64,000 nt of DNA from an uncultured Clostridia bacterium (GCA_944389125.1 CALXLF010000012.1:66794-130793); one strand, 5' to 3'; shown: positions 54,105 through 63,185, numbered from the stretch's first letter. Translations and numbers: made by a program. The notes: generated by a model not told the origin, from the sequence alone.

Positions 54105-56087
54105 TTACTCAAAAAATTCCTTATCTTGTCTTTTAATTTTTACTTCTTGCATTATTCCATCTTTTGAAATATGGTATCTTTTATCTGCTATTTTTTCTGC
54201 TAAATCAATTCTATGTGTTACTAATATTAACATCATATCATTATCCATTGCATATTTTTTTATAATCTCTAACTGTTCTTTTATCAAGCTATCTTCAACA
54301 TTTCCAACTGGTTCATCAACTATTACAACAGATGTGCCATCTTTTATTCTGTATAACATTTTTGATAATGCTAATCTTCTTTGTTGGCCTGTTGAGAATT
54401 GTGTAAATCTCTTTGAAGCCATATCTTCTAATATCCTGTCATTATATAAATTTAGCTCTTTTAATATTTTAACTAAACTTTCTTTTTTTCCTTGATCTAA
54501 CTCAGAAATTGAATTTTTGCCAGTTATTTGATTTAAAACAGTTCCCTCACTTCCAAGTTCTGTACTTGGCTTAAATGAGATATATTCTTTTCCAAGATTG
54601 TCAACTACTTCTCCATTATCTAATTTTATACAACCTCTATTATTAATATCTCCTCTTTTTAATAATCTTAAAAAAGTACTTTTTCCAGCTCCTGAGTCAC
54701 CTGTAAGTAATACTGTTTGTCCTCTTCTAATACTAAATTCAGGAACTTTAATTTCTGTTCCATAATGTACTTCACCTGTTTCATAATCAGTTGTTGGATA
54801 AAATTTTCCATCTAAATTTTCTATACTAAATGAATCAAAAGACTCTGTAGCGCCAATTAAAGGATAAACTTTTTCTTGCATCTGTTTTTCTATTTCTTCA
54901 ACTTTTTTAGCATAAAATTCTAAATTTTCCTTTAATTCTGTATCATTTTTCATATGTATAACCGTTTGTAATACATTGGCAGCATAACCTTTTGTTGTTC
55001 CTAAACTTACTAAAGCATCTGCAAGAGTTTTACTATCTAAAGATTTTTTCCCTTTTGACTTAACTTGATTTGTTACATATATACCACTTACAATTGCTGT
55101 AATAAGTGACATAGCTGTATCTATTCCTAATCTAATATTATATTCTTTATCAGAATATGACTTCTCTTTTTTTGCATAACCTTGTAATTCAGCTACCGTA
55201 TCTTCTTCAGCATAATAACTTATTTGCTCTTTGCTTAAAAATTCATGTGATTTTCTGTTTTTCATAGTGCCCATTTCTTGCTTTTTTCTCAAAGCAGAAT
55301 TCGGAATATCTTTACATATTAATTTTATTAAAGAAACAGCCATTATTCCTAATGATACAGCACTAAATGATTCTTTATCTCCTTTATTGTTATCTTGTAA
55401 TGATTGACGAATCATTCCTATAATACCAACTATATTTACACCCATATCAACATAATTATTCAATTGATTATATCTATATCTTTCTAATATATGTCTATAT
55501 TCATCTAGTGCATTTATTACTTCTTCTTCAGTCATTGAAACATCAAATTTCACTTGTTTTTTCTCGCCATTTTCATCAATTTCTGTTCTTGTTTCTTGTT
55601 TCATAAGTACACCATCTCTGGCTGCTTGTGCAGCTCTATATGAACTTCTTAAATCCTCTACAAATTCTTTTAATCTACTTTTATCTACCAGAACACGATC
55701 TGCTCTATTTAAAAATAAATTAATAGTGTCTTTATATAAAACAATCCCTTCTTGCAATTTATTTACTTCTTTATTTTTACCCTGTAAAAGATTAGTTGAA
55801 AAGATATCTAATCCATTGCTTATTAAATCTCTAACACCACTATAACCAACAGATATATCACGTATATCAGGAGAATATAATTTACCAAACTTTGTAGGCC
55901 TTTTTAAAAGACCCTTTTCTTCTTGTAAACGCCCACTTCTAACTGCATCTTCTTTTTTATTTTCAACTGCTTTTTCAGTCTTTTTTCCTGTACTTTTCTT
56001 TGTTTTTAAATTACTTGAAATAAACTCACTTAGAAGTTTTGAAGTCGTTCCTCTTTTACCTTTAAAATTTTTAGATTTCATTTTCAA
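54105..56087 (-). CDS. ABC-type ATPase fused to a long N-terminal basic/coiled and membrane-associated region
   Basis: C-terminal cassette has Walker A LLTGDSGAGKST, a degenerate signature FSTGQQRR, Walker B VVIVDEPVGN and an H-loop VTHR. The N-terminal 430 aa has only about 3-4 hydrophobic segments and no recognisable canonical ABC exporter TMD. Confidence 0.7.
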   Translation of the reverse strand: MKMKSKNFKGKRGTTSKLLSEFISSNLKTKKSTGKKTEKAVENKKEDAVRSGRLQEEKGLLKRPTKFGKLYSPDIRDISVGYSGVRDLISNGLDIFSTNLLQGKNKEVNKLQEGIVLYKDTINLFLNRADRVLVDKSRLKEFVEDLRSSYRAAQAARDGVLMKQETRTEIDENGEKKQVKFDVSMTEEEVINALDEYRHILERYRYNQLNNYVDMGVNIVGIIGMIRQSLQDNNKGDKESFSAVSLGIMAVSLIKLICKDIPNSALRKKQEMGTMKNRKSHEFLSKEQISYYAEEDTVAELQGYAKKEKSYSDKEYNIRLGIDTAMSLITAIVSGIYVTNQVKSKGKKSLDSKTLADALVSLGTTKGYAANVLQTVIHMKNDTELKENLEFYAKKVEEIEKQMQEKVYPLIGATESFDSFSIENLDGKFYPTTDYETGEVHYGTEIKVPEFSIRRGQTVLLTGDSGAGKSTFLRLLKRGDINNRGCIKLDNGEVVDNLGKEYISFKPSTELGSEGTVLNQITGKNSISELDQGKKESLVKILKELNLYNDRILEDMASKRFTQFSTGQQRRLALSKMLYRIKDGTSVVIVDEPVGNVEDSLIKEQLEIIKKYAMDNDMMLILVTHRIDLAEKIADKRYHISKDGIMQEVKIKRQDKEFFE

Positions 56088-56117
56088 CTTTCTCCTTTTA
56101 AAATACGCTACACTTTA

Positions 56118-56126
56118 ATTATAGCA
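56118..56126 (-). promoter_or_regulatory. Candidate extended -10 element (TGCTATAAT) for the ABC-type gene
   Basis: The reverse complement of 56118..56126 is TGCTATAAT, about 30 nt upstream of the ATG at 56087, with AAGGAG in between. Confidence 0.35.
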
Positions 56127-56171
56127 TATCTAAAAAGACCAAGTACATACTTTACCACAAAAAATTATTTA

Positions 56172-56355
56172 AACTGTAAATATTTTTTCTTTATTCTGTA
56201 ATATTTTAACTTTCTATTCCGTGATATTTTGACTTTTCGTTCCGTGATTTTTTGACTTTACATTCCGTGATTTTTTGAATTTCTATTGGTATTTTTTCAA
56301 GATTTTTATTGGTACTTTTTCAACGTTTTTGTTGGTATTTTTTCAATGGTTTAAA
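56172..56355. repeat. Array of eight tandem, degenerate 23-bp repeats in an intergenic region
   Basis: Unit boundaries fall exactly every 23 nt:
- u2: 56195 TCTGTAATATTTTAACTTTCTAT
- u3: 56218 TCCGTGATATTTTGACTTTTCGT
- u4: 56241 TCCGTGATTTTTTGACTTTACAT
- u5: 56264 TCCGTGATTTTTTGAATTTCTAT
- u6: 56287 TGGTATTTTTTCAAGATTTTTAT
- u7: 56310 TGGTACTTTTTCAACGTTTTTGT
- u8: 56333 TGGTATTTTTTCAATGGTTTAAA

A more degenerate u1 starts at 56172. Confidence 0.85.
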
Positions 56356-56357
56356 AT

Positions 56358-57105
56358 TTACACAAGTGCTAAACCTAGTATAATTCCTATTATATTTCCG
56401 AATTTGCTAAATCTTCCTTTATACATTGAATTTGATTCTGGGATAATTTCACATGAGATAATATACATCATTGCGCCTGCAGCAAATCCTAGGGAAACTC
56501 CTATTACTTGTTTTGATATTGTTCCAATCAAAGCCCCGAACTAATGCTCCAACTCCTGTACTTATGCCAGAAATTGCAGTATAAATAATAACTCTTAACT
56601 TATTGTAACCACCTTGTTTTAAAGGAATAGCCATAGCTAAGCCCTCTGGAAAATCATGTATACATATTGCTATTGCTAAAGAAAGGCCTAACTCTGAAGA
56701 TGCTTCAAATCCAGAACCTATTGCTAACCCTTCTGGAAAGTTATGAATAGCAAGACCTATTCCTACTATTAATCCAACTTTCAAAAGACTTGTATTTTTA
56801 TATTTTTCATTATTTGATATAGATTTATTAAGCAATTTTTTATTTACAAAATCATTGCAAAAAATCATCATGCATACTCCAATAAAAATTCCTAAAATTG
56901 CACCTGTAATATTAGAATATTCAATGCTTTCAGGAATCAAATTAAAACATATAACACTAGTCATAAGTCCAGCTGCTATCTCTAAAATAAAACTCACAAA
57001 TTTATTAGAACTAATATCTAAAAATGCTCCAACAACACCTCCTATAGTTGTTCCAACCATTCCAAAAATCAATCCTAAAATAGCAATATTAGCAATTCCG
57101 TTCAT
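56358..57105 (-). pseudogene. ZIP-family divalent metal transporter (ZupT-like), interrupted by a 1-nt frameshift at CGG 56538..56536
   Basis: ZIP motifs HNFPEGLAIG and HDFPEGLAMA. The junction GTT CGG GGC, with one base skipped, gives GALV-G-ALIGTISKQVIGVSLGFAAGAMMYIISCEIIPES...GIILGLALV*. The span is 748 nt, i.e. 3n+1. Confidence 0.85.
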
Positions 57106-57234
57106 TTTTATATTTCCTTTCTTATTAGATTTTTTAAGTTACCTAATAAAAAATATGTCCATTTAATTAATTTAATTCATAAAATTTTAAGGCTAAAAAA
57201 ATTAGCTTTATACTAAATTGTATAAAGCCATTTT

Positions 57235-57921
57235 TTATATACTTATCTTATTTTCTTTAGATAATCTTAAAACAATACTCTCTATAATTTTCTTTGGACC
57301 TGGTTTTGAAAAATCATAATATCCTAGATATTCTAATAATTTATTTTCTTCACATTCACAAACCATCATATCTGTTGCATTAATAATATTGCATTTAATA
57401 GTATTAACAGATTTACCATACCTTTTTGCTATAATTGGATAAATATCTTTTTCAAGATTGTCATTATAATTATATTGCTCATTATTAAGTAAAATATATA
57501 TTGTCTCAAAAAGATATTTAGTTCCACAATATTTAGGATTATATCCCAAATATTTTAATTCATTTTTTATCTCTAATTTTAAACTATAATTAATTATATT
57601 ATTATTCAGAAGACTCATTAACTTTGAAAGAACCTCTTCTGGACTATCAGTTTTATTTATATATAAATTATTAAATTCATTTTTTCCTTTGTCTGAATAG
57701 ATTACCATTACAATATTACTATACTTTTCTAAAATTGATTTAAATTCATCTATTAACTCATACTCTATTATTATTAAATTAAAATCAAACTCTTTTAAAC
57801 CATTTTCTATTTCTTCATAATGAGATGAAATCATACAAAATTTTAAATCAAAATTATTTCCTATTACTTTTATTAGTTTGTTACAATACTTCATATCTTT
57901 TTCGATTATTAGAACATTCAT
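57235..57921 (-). CDS. Spo0A_C-domain transcription regulator with a degenerate (pseudo-)receiver domain
   Basis: The C-terminal half (GTKYLFETIYILL...DIYPIIAKRYGKSVNTIKCNIINA...KPGPKKIIESIVLRL) is collinear with the Spo0A DNA-binding domain as I recall it. In the N-terminal receiver-like fold the acidic pocket reads EKD, and the phospho-acceptor position reads E in LIIIEYEL. Confidence 0.65.
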   Translation of the reverse strand: MNVLIIEKDMKYCNKLIKVIGNNFDLKFCMISSHYEEIENGLKEFDFNLIIIEYELIDEFKSILEKYSNIVMVIYSDKGKNEFNNLYINKTDSPEEVLSKLMSLLNNNIINYSLKLEIKNELKYLGYNPKYCGTKYLFETIYILLNNEQYNYNDNLEKDIYPIIAKRYGKSVNTIKCNIINATDMMVCECEENKLLEYLGYYDFSKPGPKKIIESIVLRLSKENKISI

Positions 57922-57949
57922 TTTTTATTCACCATTATTCCCTCTAATG

Positions 57950-57999
57950 GTTAGATTACATAAAACCCTCTCTACGGTGCATTTTTTTGAAAAAAATTT
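57950..57999 (-). promoter_or_regulatory. Conserved 50-bp upstream element, copy 1 (upstream of the Spo0A_C gene)
   Basis: GTTAGATTACA-N15-GGTGCA-N8-AAAAAAATTT. It shares 38/50 positions, at identical spacing, with 61444..61493. Confidence 0.5.
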
Positions 58000-58165
58000 T
58001 ATCTTTTTTATCTTTTTAATATTTTTTGCAAAAAAATATTATAATTTTGTACAACTTGTTTTATATGACAAGCTGTCAGTTTCTTTACACTACATGTAGC
58101 AAATAAAACTGGCAAAATATAGGGAAATGATCAGTAACTGTAAACCTTTTTTTAAAACAATAGGA

Positions 58166-58690
58166 GGATTTTTCATGAAGAATATTTTTAAAAAAGGAAC
58201 AACTTTGATTATGTCTTTGATCATGGCATTTGGAGTAATGTCCGGCGTACCGGTTATGGCAGCCGAAGCTCAGCCGTCAGAGGATACTTCTATCGAAAAA
58301 ACTGACGCAGCAACTGAGTTTGAGATGGAAGTTCAGCCTGGAGAAAGCGTTGACCTTGGAGACGCAATATCAAGAGCAGCAACTGCTTATGAGGTTGATC
58401 AGACGTTTACGATGGGATCTTATCACAGAGGAGCAGATAGGTCCTACTCTGCTTCGCACCTGCGGTTTATGATTACCATCACTGATACCAATGGTAACCC
58501 AACTTCAAGCACTCTGAGTTTAGGTTTCCAGGATTATAATGGAAATTCCCGTGGATGGTTGCTTGATGCAGATGGCTCTACTTTTTCTCAAAACAACATG
58601 TCAATTGTATCCGGAAGAGTTTACTATTTTACTTACTATAACAATGGATCCACGAACTTAAGAGTTCATATGGTAATTGATGCATATTAA
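58166..58690 (+). CDS. Small secreted protein of unknown function, in a GC-rich (apparently foreign) islet
   Basis: The ATG at 58166 has AGGAGG 7 nt upstream. Signal peptide is MKNIFKKGTTLIMSLIMAFGVMSGVPVMAAEA. A hand count gives about 43% G+C for 58381..58440. It contains the only read-through in-frame CGG in the window (58463..58465). Confidence 0.65.
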   Translation, partial: GFFMKNIFKKGTTLIMSLIMAFGVMSGVPVMAAEAQPSEDTSIEKTDAATEFEMEVQPGESVDLGDAISRAATAYEVDQTFTMGSYHRGADRSYSASHLRFMITITDTNGNPTSSTLSLGFQDYNGNSRGWLLDADGSTFSQNNMSIVSGRVYYFTYYNNGSTNLRVHMVIDAY

Positions 58691-58812
58691 GGCTAAACCT
58701 CCAACAACTTAATTAGCCTTAATAAATAATCTTCTAAAAGCTAAATGAATTGTAAAAAGATAAAAGCATAACAATAACAAATAATATCTAGATCATTTTC
58801 CTATATTTAAAG

Positions 58813-58840
58813 GGCATAGAGAATCTTCTCTCTATGCCCT
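58813..58840. terminator. Bidirectional hairpin between convergent genes
   Basis: GGGCATAGAGA-ATCTTC-TCTCTATGCCC, with 11-bp perfect arms, abutting the stop of the anti-sigma-like gene. Confidence 0.6.
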
Positions 58841-59849
58841 AATTCAATATTAGACTAATTGTTTCATCTTCTGAAACTTTAATAAATAAAGTTAAAATTC
58901 CAGATAAATTATATTTTCCATAGTAATATTCTAAGTGTAATTTATTATCTGATAATTTATAAGTATCATAATAATACACATTATTTTTATCATCCTTTAA
59001 TAAAATACTTTCTGGCTCAAACATTATGTACTTATCAAATTTTTCAGTTAATTCTAAATCAACTACAAAAGTAGTTTCATTTAAATAGCTATCAACAGTT
59101 TTTATATATTCATTATTATTTAGACTTGTTTTATTAGTTAATTCACTATTTAATTTACCATTTAAAGTTATTTCAAACTCCCAATTACCACCTTTATAAA
59201 AATCCTTATCTTCATTATTTATTAAAACTTTTGAAATAGAAAAATATAAATTCTCTGATTTTGGAAATTCATTACTTGTAAATAAAATTGAATTAGAATA
59301 ATAATTATCTTTAGTTAAATTTTCCTCTGAATTAACAAAATCATTTGCAATTGAACTTTCATCTATTTTTGGATCACTTACCTTTGCAATCAAATTTCCA
59401 TTCTCATCACTAATCGTATACTCATAAATATTAATCTTACTAATATCATCATACCCAGGACAATCATATACAAACGAAATATCCAAAGTATTAGTACTCA
59501 ATACGATATTATCTACTTTTATTCCTATATCATTATCATAGACAAAGTCCATATCTATATTATGAACAAATCCATTTTCTACTGCTGATTCAATACCTGG
59601 TGTAGAATTTGTAAATAGTGATACTATATAATTAATTGCAAATACTCCACCTGTGGCTAAAAGTCCAAAACAAATTAAAATTATAGCAACACGTTTTAAA
59701 CTAAATGCTTTAGAAGGTTTAGAATGTTTTTTCTTACATCTGTCTAATCCGTCTCTTACAGCTTTATCAACATAAGGAGGAACTTCGGTATCTTTTTCGC
59801 AGAAATCAAAAATCATTTTTTCTAATTTCTTATCATCATTATTTGTCAT
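58839..59849 (-). CDS. Anti-sigma-factor-like single-pass membrane protein (DUF4179-like) with an extracytoplasmic domain
   Basis: It overlaps the sigma gene stop by 11 nt. The cytoplasmic N-terminus is followed by one TM helix (VAIILICFGLLATGGVFAINYIV). The family call rests on position and topology. Confidence 0.55.
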   Translation of the reverse strand: MTNNDDKKLEKMIFDFCEKDTEVPPYVDKAVRDGLDRCKKKHSKPSKAFSLKRVAIILICFGLLATGGVFAINYIVSLFTNSTPGIESAVENGFVHNIDMDFVYDNDIGIKVDNIVLSTNTLDISFVYDCPGYDDISKINIYEYTISDENGNLIAKVSDPKIDESSIANDFVNSEENLTKDNYYSNSILFTSNEFPKSENLYFSISKVLINNEDKDFYKGGNWEFEITLNGKLNSELTNKTSLNNNEYIKTVDSYLNETTFVVDLELTEKFDKYIMFEPESILLKDDKNNVYYYDTYKLSDNKLHLEYYYGKYNLSGILTLFIKVSEDETISLILN

Positions 59850-60378
59850 ACTCTACACCTCCTTTTCTAAATTCTTCCGCAATTTTCTTTTTACCACGTT
59901 GAAATCTACTTTTAATTGTATTTACGTTAATATTTAGAATTTTGGCAATCTCGGTTGTATCATATTTCAGATAAAAATAGAGCACAAAAACAATCTTTTC
60001 ATCGTAGTTTAAACAATCAATTAACATTTCAAAATTTATCTTGCTTTCTACTTTATCTATTGAATTATCATAATAGTTTATATCACCAAAGGAAGTAGAT
60101 TTTTCAATCAATTTTATATGTCTATTATTTGTTTTGTATATGTAATTACATTTATTGATTAAAATTCTGATAATCCAAGTTTGAAAATATTTATTTTCTT
60201 TTAACTTGTGTAGTTTTTTATAAGCACTAAAAATAGTTTCACTTATTGCATCATGAATATCATCTTCATTGTCTAATCTAGCTCTTGCAACTTTGTACAA
60301 AACTGGTTCAATTTCAGTAATTAACTTTTCATAGGCTTCTTCATCTTTGTGTTTGGCTTTTTCAACTAATTCTTCCAT
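59839..60378 (-). CDS. Sigma-70 family (ECF-like, group 4) RNA polymerase sigma factor
   Basis: Region 2 is FQTWIIRILINKC. The region 4 HTH is TTEIAKILNINVNTIKSRFQRGKKKI. 179 aa. Confidence 0.85.
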   Translation of the reverse strand: MEELVEKAKHKDEEAYEKLITEIEPVLYKVARARLDNEDDIHDAISETIFSAYKKLHKLKENKYFQTWIIRILINKCNYIYKTNNRHIKLIEKSTSFGDINYYDNSIDKVESKINFEMLIDCLNYDEKIVFVLYFYLKYDTTEIAKILNINVNTIKSRFQRGKKKIAEEFRKGGVEYDK

Positions 60379-60426
60379 CTATTCTCCTTTCATTAGTACA
60401 AAGAAAAAGCATATGCTAAGCATATA

Positions 60427-60732
60427 CTATTGAATCTTATAATTTTTTATTAACATTTCAAAATCTTTTAATAATTCACCACTTTTGTCTGCATTTATCT
60501 CGTTTTCATCTTCATATAAGCCTTCTAACAACTGATTTGGAGTAATTTTTAGTGCTCTACATAATTTTAAAAGTGTTATTGTATTTGGAATAGTTATACC
60601 TCTTTCAATTTTTGATATTGTATCTTTTGAAATATCTGCCATTTCAGCAGTCATTTCTTGATTTTTATTCCTATATAATTTTAGTTTTTCTGCTAATACA
60701 CTCTTTAATTTATCTTCGTTTATATTCTCCAT
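60427..60732 (-). CDS. XRE-family helix-turn-helix transcriptional regulator
   Basis: The HTH is MTAEMADISKDTISKIERGITIPNTITLLKLCRALKITPNQLL. The ATG at 60732, with GGAGGA upstream, is preferred to the track TTG at 60747. Confidence 0.8.
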   Translation of the reverse strand: MENINEDKLKSVLAEKLKLYRNKNQEMTAEMADISKDTISKIERGITIPNTITLLKLCRALKITPNQLLEGLYEDENEINADKSGELLKDFEMLIKNYKIQ

Positions 60733-61078
60733 ATGTTCATCCTCCAATTCATATTATAGGTTGAGTATATCAGTATATTATCCGATTTTACACAGCTTTT
60801 AATTCTAAATAGCAAGATAGATTAGTATTTTTTTACTACTTATTATGTAATGAATTGTAAACAAATATGAATTTATTTTATAAAGTAATTAAAAGATAAA
60901 TTATTTAATTATATTAGCAATCTTATTATAACTTTTATTAATAATTTAATAAATAATTTTTTTCTAAAATTATAATTAATTATTTATCTAATTATAAGAT
61001 TAACCTTTTTTACTTATTTTATTCCAATATACATATTTAAGTTTTATTTTGTATTACCTATTACCTTATAGTAATATA

Positions 61079-61408
61079 TTATTTAAATAATTTTTTTAAT
61101 TCCTCATCTAATTTATTAATACTTATAACTTTATTTTCAAAAGAATAATTATTTTCTTCAGCCTCTTCTGAAATTATATAAATCTTTTTATCTTCAGAAG
61201 TATAATTTTCTTCTAAATAATTCAAAATATCTTTACATGAAGAATCAATTATCATAATATCAAAACCATATTTGTCAATGCATCTTTTTGCAGTTGTTTC
61301 ATTAGATGCTATATCTAAGGTTTTGAATTGTTTGTTATAAGCAAAAACCTTTTCAATTATCTCCCATATTTTTTCTTCGTCATATTCAACAATAACTATT
61401 GTGTCCAT
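61079..61408 (-). CDS. Stand-alone receiver-like (CheY-fold) protein
   Basis: 109 aa with the beta-alpha pattern MDTIVIVEYDEE...FDIMIIDSS and no output domain. RBS AGGAGG. Confidence 0.5.
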   Translation of the reverse strand: MDTIVIVEYDEEKIWEIIEKVFAYNKQFKTLDIASNETTAKRCIDKYGFDIMIIDSSCKDILNYLEENYTSEDKKIYIISEEAEENNYSFENKVISINKLDEELKKLFK

Positions 61409-61443
61409 ACTATCCTCCTAATTTTATATTTTGTCCTACATAT

Positions 61444-61493
61444 GTTAGATTACAAAAAACGACATTTAGGGTGCAAAAATTTCAAAAAAATTT
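61444..61493 (-). promoter_or_regulatory. Conserved 50-bp upstream element, copy 2 (upstream of the receiver-like gene)
   Basis: GTTAGATTACA-N15-GGTGCA-N8-AAAAAAATTT, with the same spacing as 57950..57999. It starts 36 nt upstream of the ATG. Confidence 0.5.
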
Positions 61494-61626
61494 AATTTTT
61501 TTATAGCTTTTAAAAAAGCTTTATTTTTGCCACTTTCCAAAGATTTACAAAATTTATATTTTAAATTGATTTTTATTATTTTGTAATATATAATATAAAC
61601 ATCTTAATTTGAAAGGAGATCAAACT

Positions 61627-61956
61627 ATGTTTAACAAAGAAAAATATCAAAAATGTATTGGACATTTAGTTTCACAAAAATTCACAGTTATATTTGTTTA
61701 TTTATTAATCTTTGCAGCCATAGGTGCAGTAGTAGGAAGTATTTTTATGTTTGGACTTAATAGAAACGAATCTGCTTTATTTATTGGAATAGGTGTTGGA
61801 CTAGTAATTGGATTAATAGTAGGAATATCTTCAGTTTGGAAAATCGATATGAAAATTCAAGAAGCTTATTGGAGAATTGATCTTTTATCAGAAATAAAAA
61901 AACAAAACTTTAAAGCTTCAAATAAATCTAAAAATACAGACAAGTTGGATGATTAA
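61627..61956 (+). CDS. Small two-TM membrane protein, unknown function
   Basis: The ATG at 61627 has AAGGAG 8 nt upstream. Two hydrophobic helices and a basic C-terminus. Confidence 0.55.
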   Translation: MFNKEKYQKCIGHLVSQKFTVIFVYLLIFAAIGAVVGSIFMFGLNRNESALFIGIGVGLVIGLIVGISSVWKIDMKIQEAYWRIDLLSEIKKQNFKASNKSKNTDKLDD

Positions 61957-61990
61957 ACTTTGCCTATACAAATATAAATTAATATATAAA

Positions 61991-62019
61991 AAGTCCCTCA
62001 GATCTTTTCTGAGGGACTT
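61991..62019. terminator. Bidirectional hairpin between convergent genes
   Basis: AAGTCCCTCAG-ATCTTTT-CTGAGGGACTT, with 11-bp arms. Confidence 0.65.
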
Positions 62020-62064
62020 AAACTTTTATTTCTAAGATACGAACTTTGCTACTGAAACTAAATT

Positions 62065-63123
62065 TTATTCTTCTCCTTTTAACTGTTCAGCTCTATCTGA
62101 AGCAATTAAATTATCTATCATTTCATCTAAATCACCATTTAAGAAGTTATCAAATTGGTATGTACTAAAACCAATTCTATGATCTGTTATTCTTCCTTGT
62201 GGGTAATTATATGTTCTTATTTTTTCACTTCTGTCACCAGAACCTACTTGGCTTCTTCTTTCACTAGCTAATTCTTTATCTTGTTTTTCTTTTTCCATTT
62301 GATAAATTCTTGAACGAAGTAATCTCATTGCATATTCTCTATTTTGAGTTTGAGATCTTTCTGTTTGACATTCTGCAACTATACCTGTTGGTTCATGTAT
62401 TAATCTAACTGCTGATGATGTTTTATTTACATGTTGTCCACCAGCACCAGAAGCTCTAAATACTTCCATTTTAATATCTGCTGGATTAAGGTCAACTTCT
62501 ACATCTTCAACTTCAGGTAAAACTGCAACTGTAGCTGTTGAAGTATGAATTCTACCACTACTTTCTGTATCTGGAACTCTTTGTACTCTATGAACTCCAC
62601 TCTCAAATTTAAATCTACTATATGCACCTTTTCCTGTAACCATAAAAGAAATTTCTTTATATCCACCAAGTTCTGTTTCATTAGCATTTAAAACTTCTAT
62701 TTTAAAATGTTTTTTCTCAGCATACATTGAGTACATTCTAAATAAAGTTGCTGCAAATAAAGCTGCTTCTTCTCCTCCAGCACCACTTCTTATTTCACAA
62801 ATAACGTTATTATCATCATTTGGGTCTTTTGGAATTAACAAAACTTTTAATTCTTCTTCCAAAACAGGAAGTTTATTTTTAGCTTTTAACATATCTTCTT
62901 CTGCTAAATCTTTAAGCTCTGGATCTGACATCATTTCTTTTGCTTCTTCCATTGCTTTTTCAGTTTGCTTATATTCTCTATATTTCATTACGACTTCTTC
63001 AATGCTGCTATGTTCTTTCATTAGTTTTTTCCATTCATTTTGATTTGAAATAACATTTGGATCACTAATCAACTTATTAAGCTCTTCATATCTCTTCTCA
63101 ACATCTTCTAATTTTTGAAACAT
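62065..63123 (-). CDS. prfA: Peptide chain release factor 1
   Basis: GGQ motif ([11 protein letters not shown]). RF1-type tripeptide region [14 protein letters not shown] (PxT). 352 aa with an uninterrupted frame. Confidence 0.95.
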
Positions 63124-63185
63124 AAAATAAATCTCTTCTTTCTTTTAAAATAAACTCAACGCGTAATATTATATCACATTTAGCA

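Noticed and set aside
56172-56355. Possible CRISPR array
   Set aside because: The repeats are directly adjacent with no spacers, are degenerate, and have a 23-bp period. No cas genes are present in the window.
56275-56544. Plus-strand 89-aa ORF (MNFYWYFFKIFIGTF...)
   Set aside because: Its first half is a translation of the 23-bp tandem repeats. Its second half is antisense to the 3' part of the ZIP transporter gene once that gene's frameshift is taken into account.
56855-57166. Plus-strand 103-aa ORF
   Set aside because: It is antisense to the ZIP transporter gene, which has strong family motifs.
62065-63123. Possible programmed frameshift in the release-factor gene
   Set aside because: The protein is RF1 (PxT-type motif and GGQ) with an uninterrupted frame. 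The known autoregulatory +1 frameshift belongs to prfB (RF2), which is not in this window.
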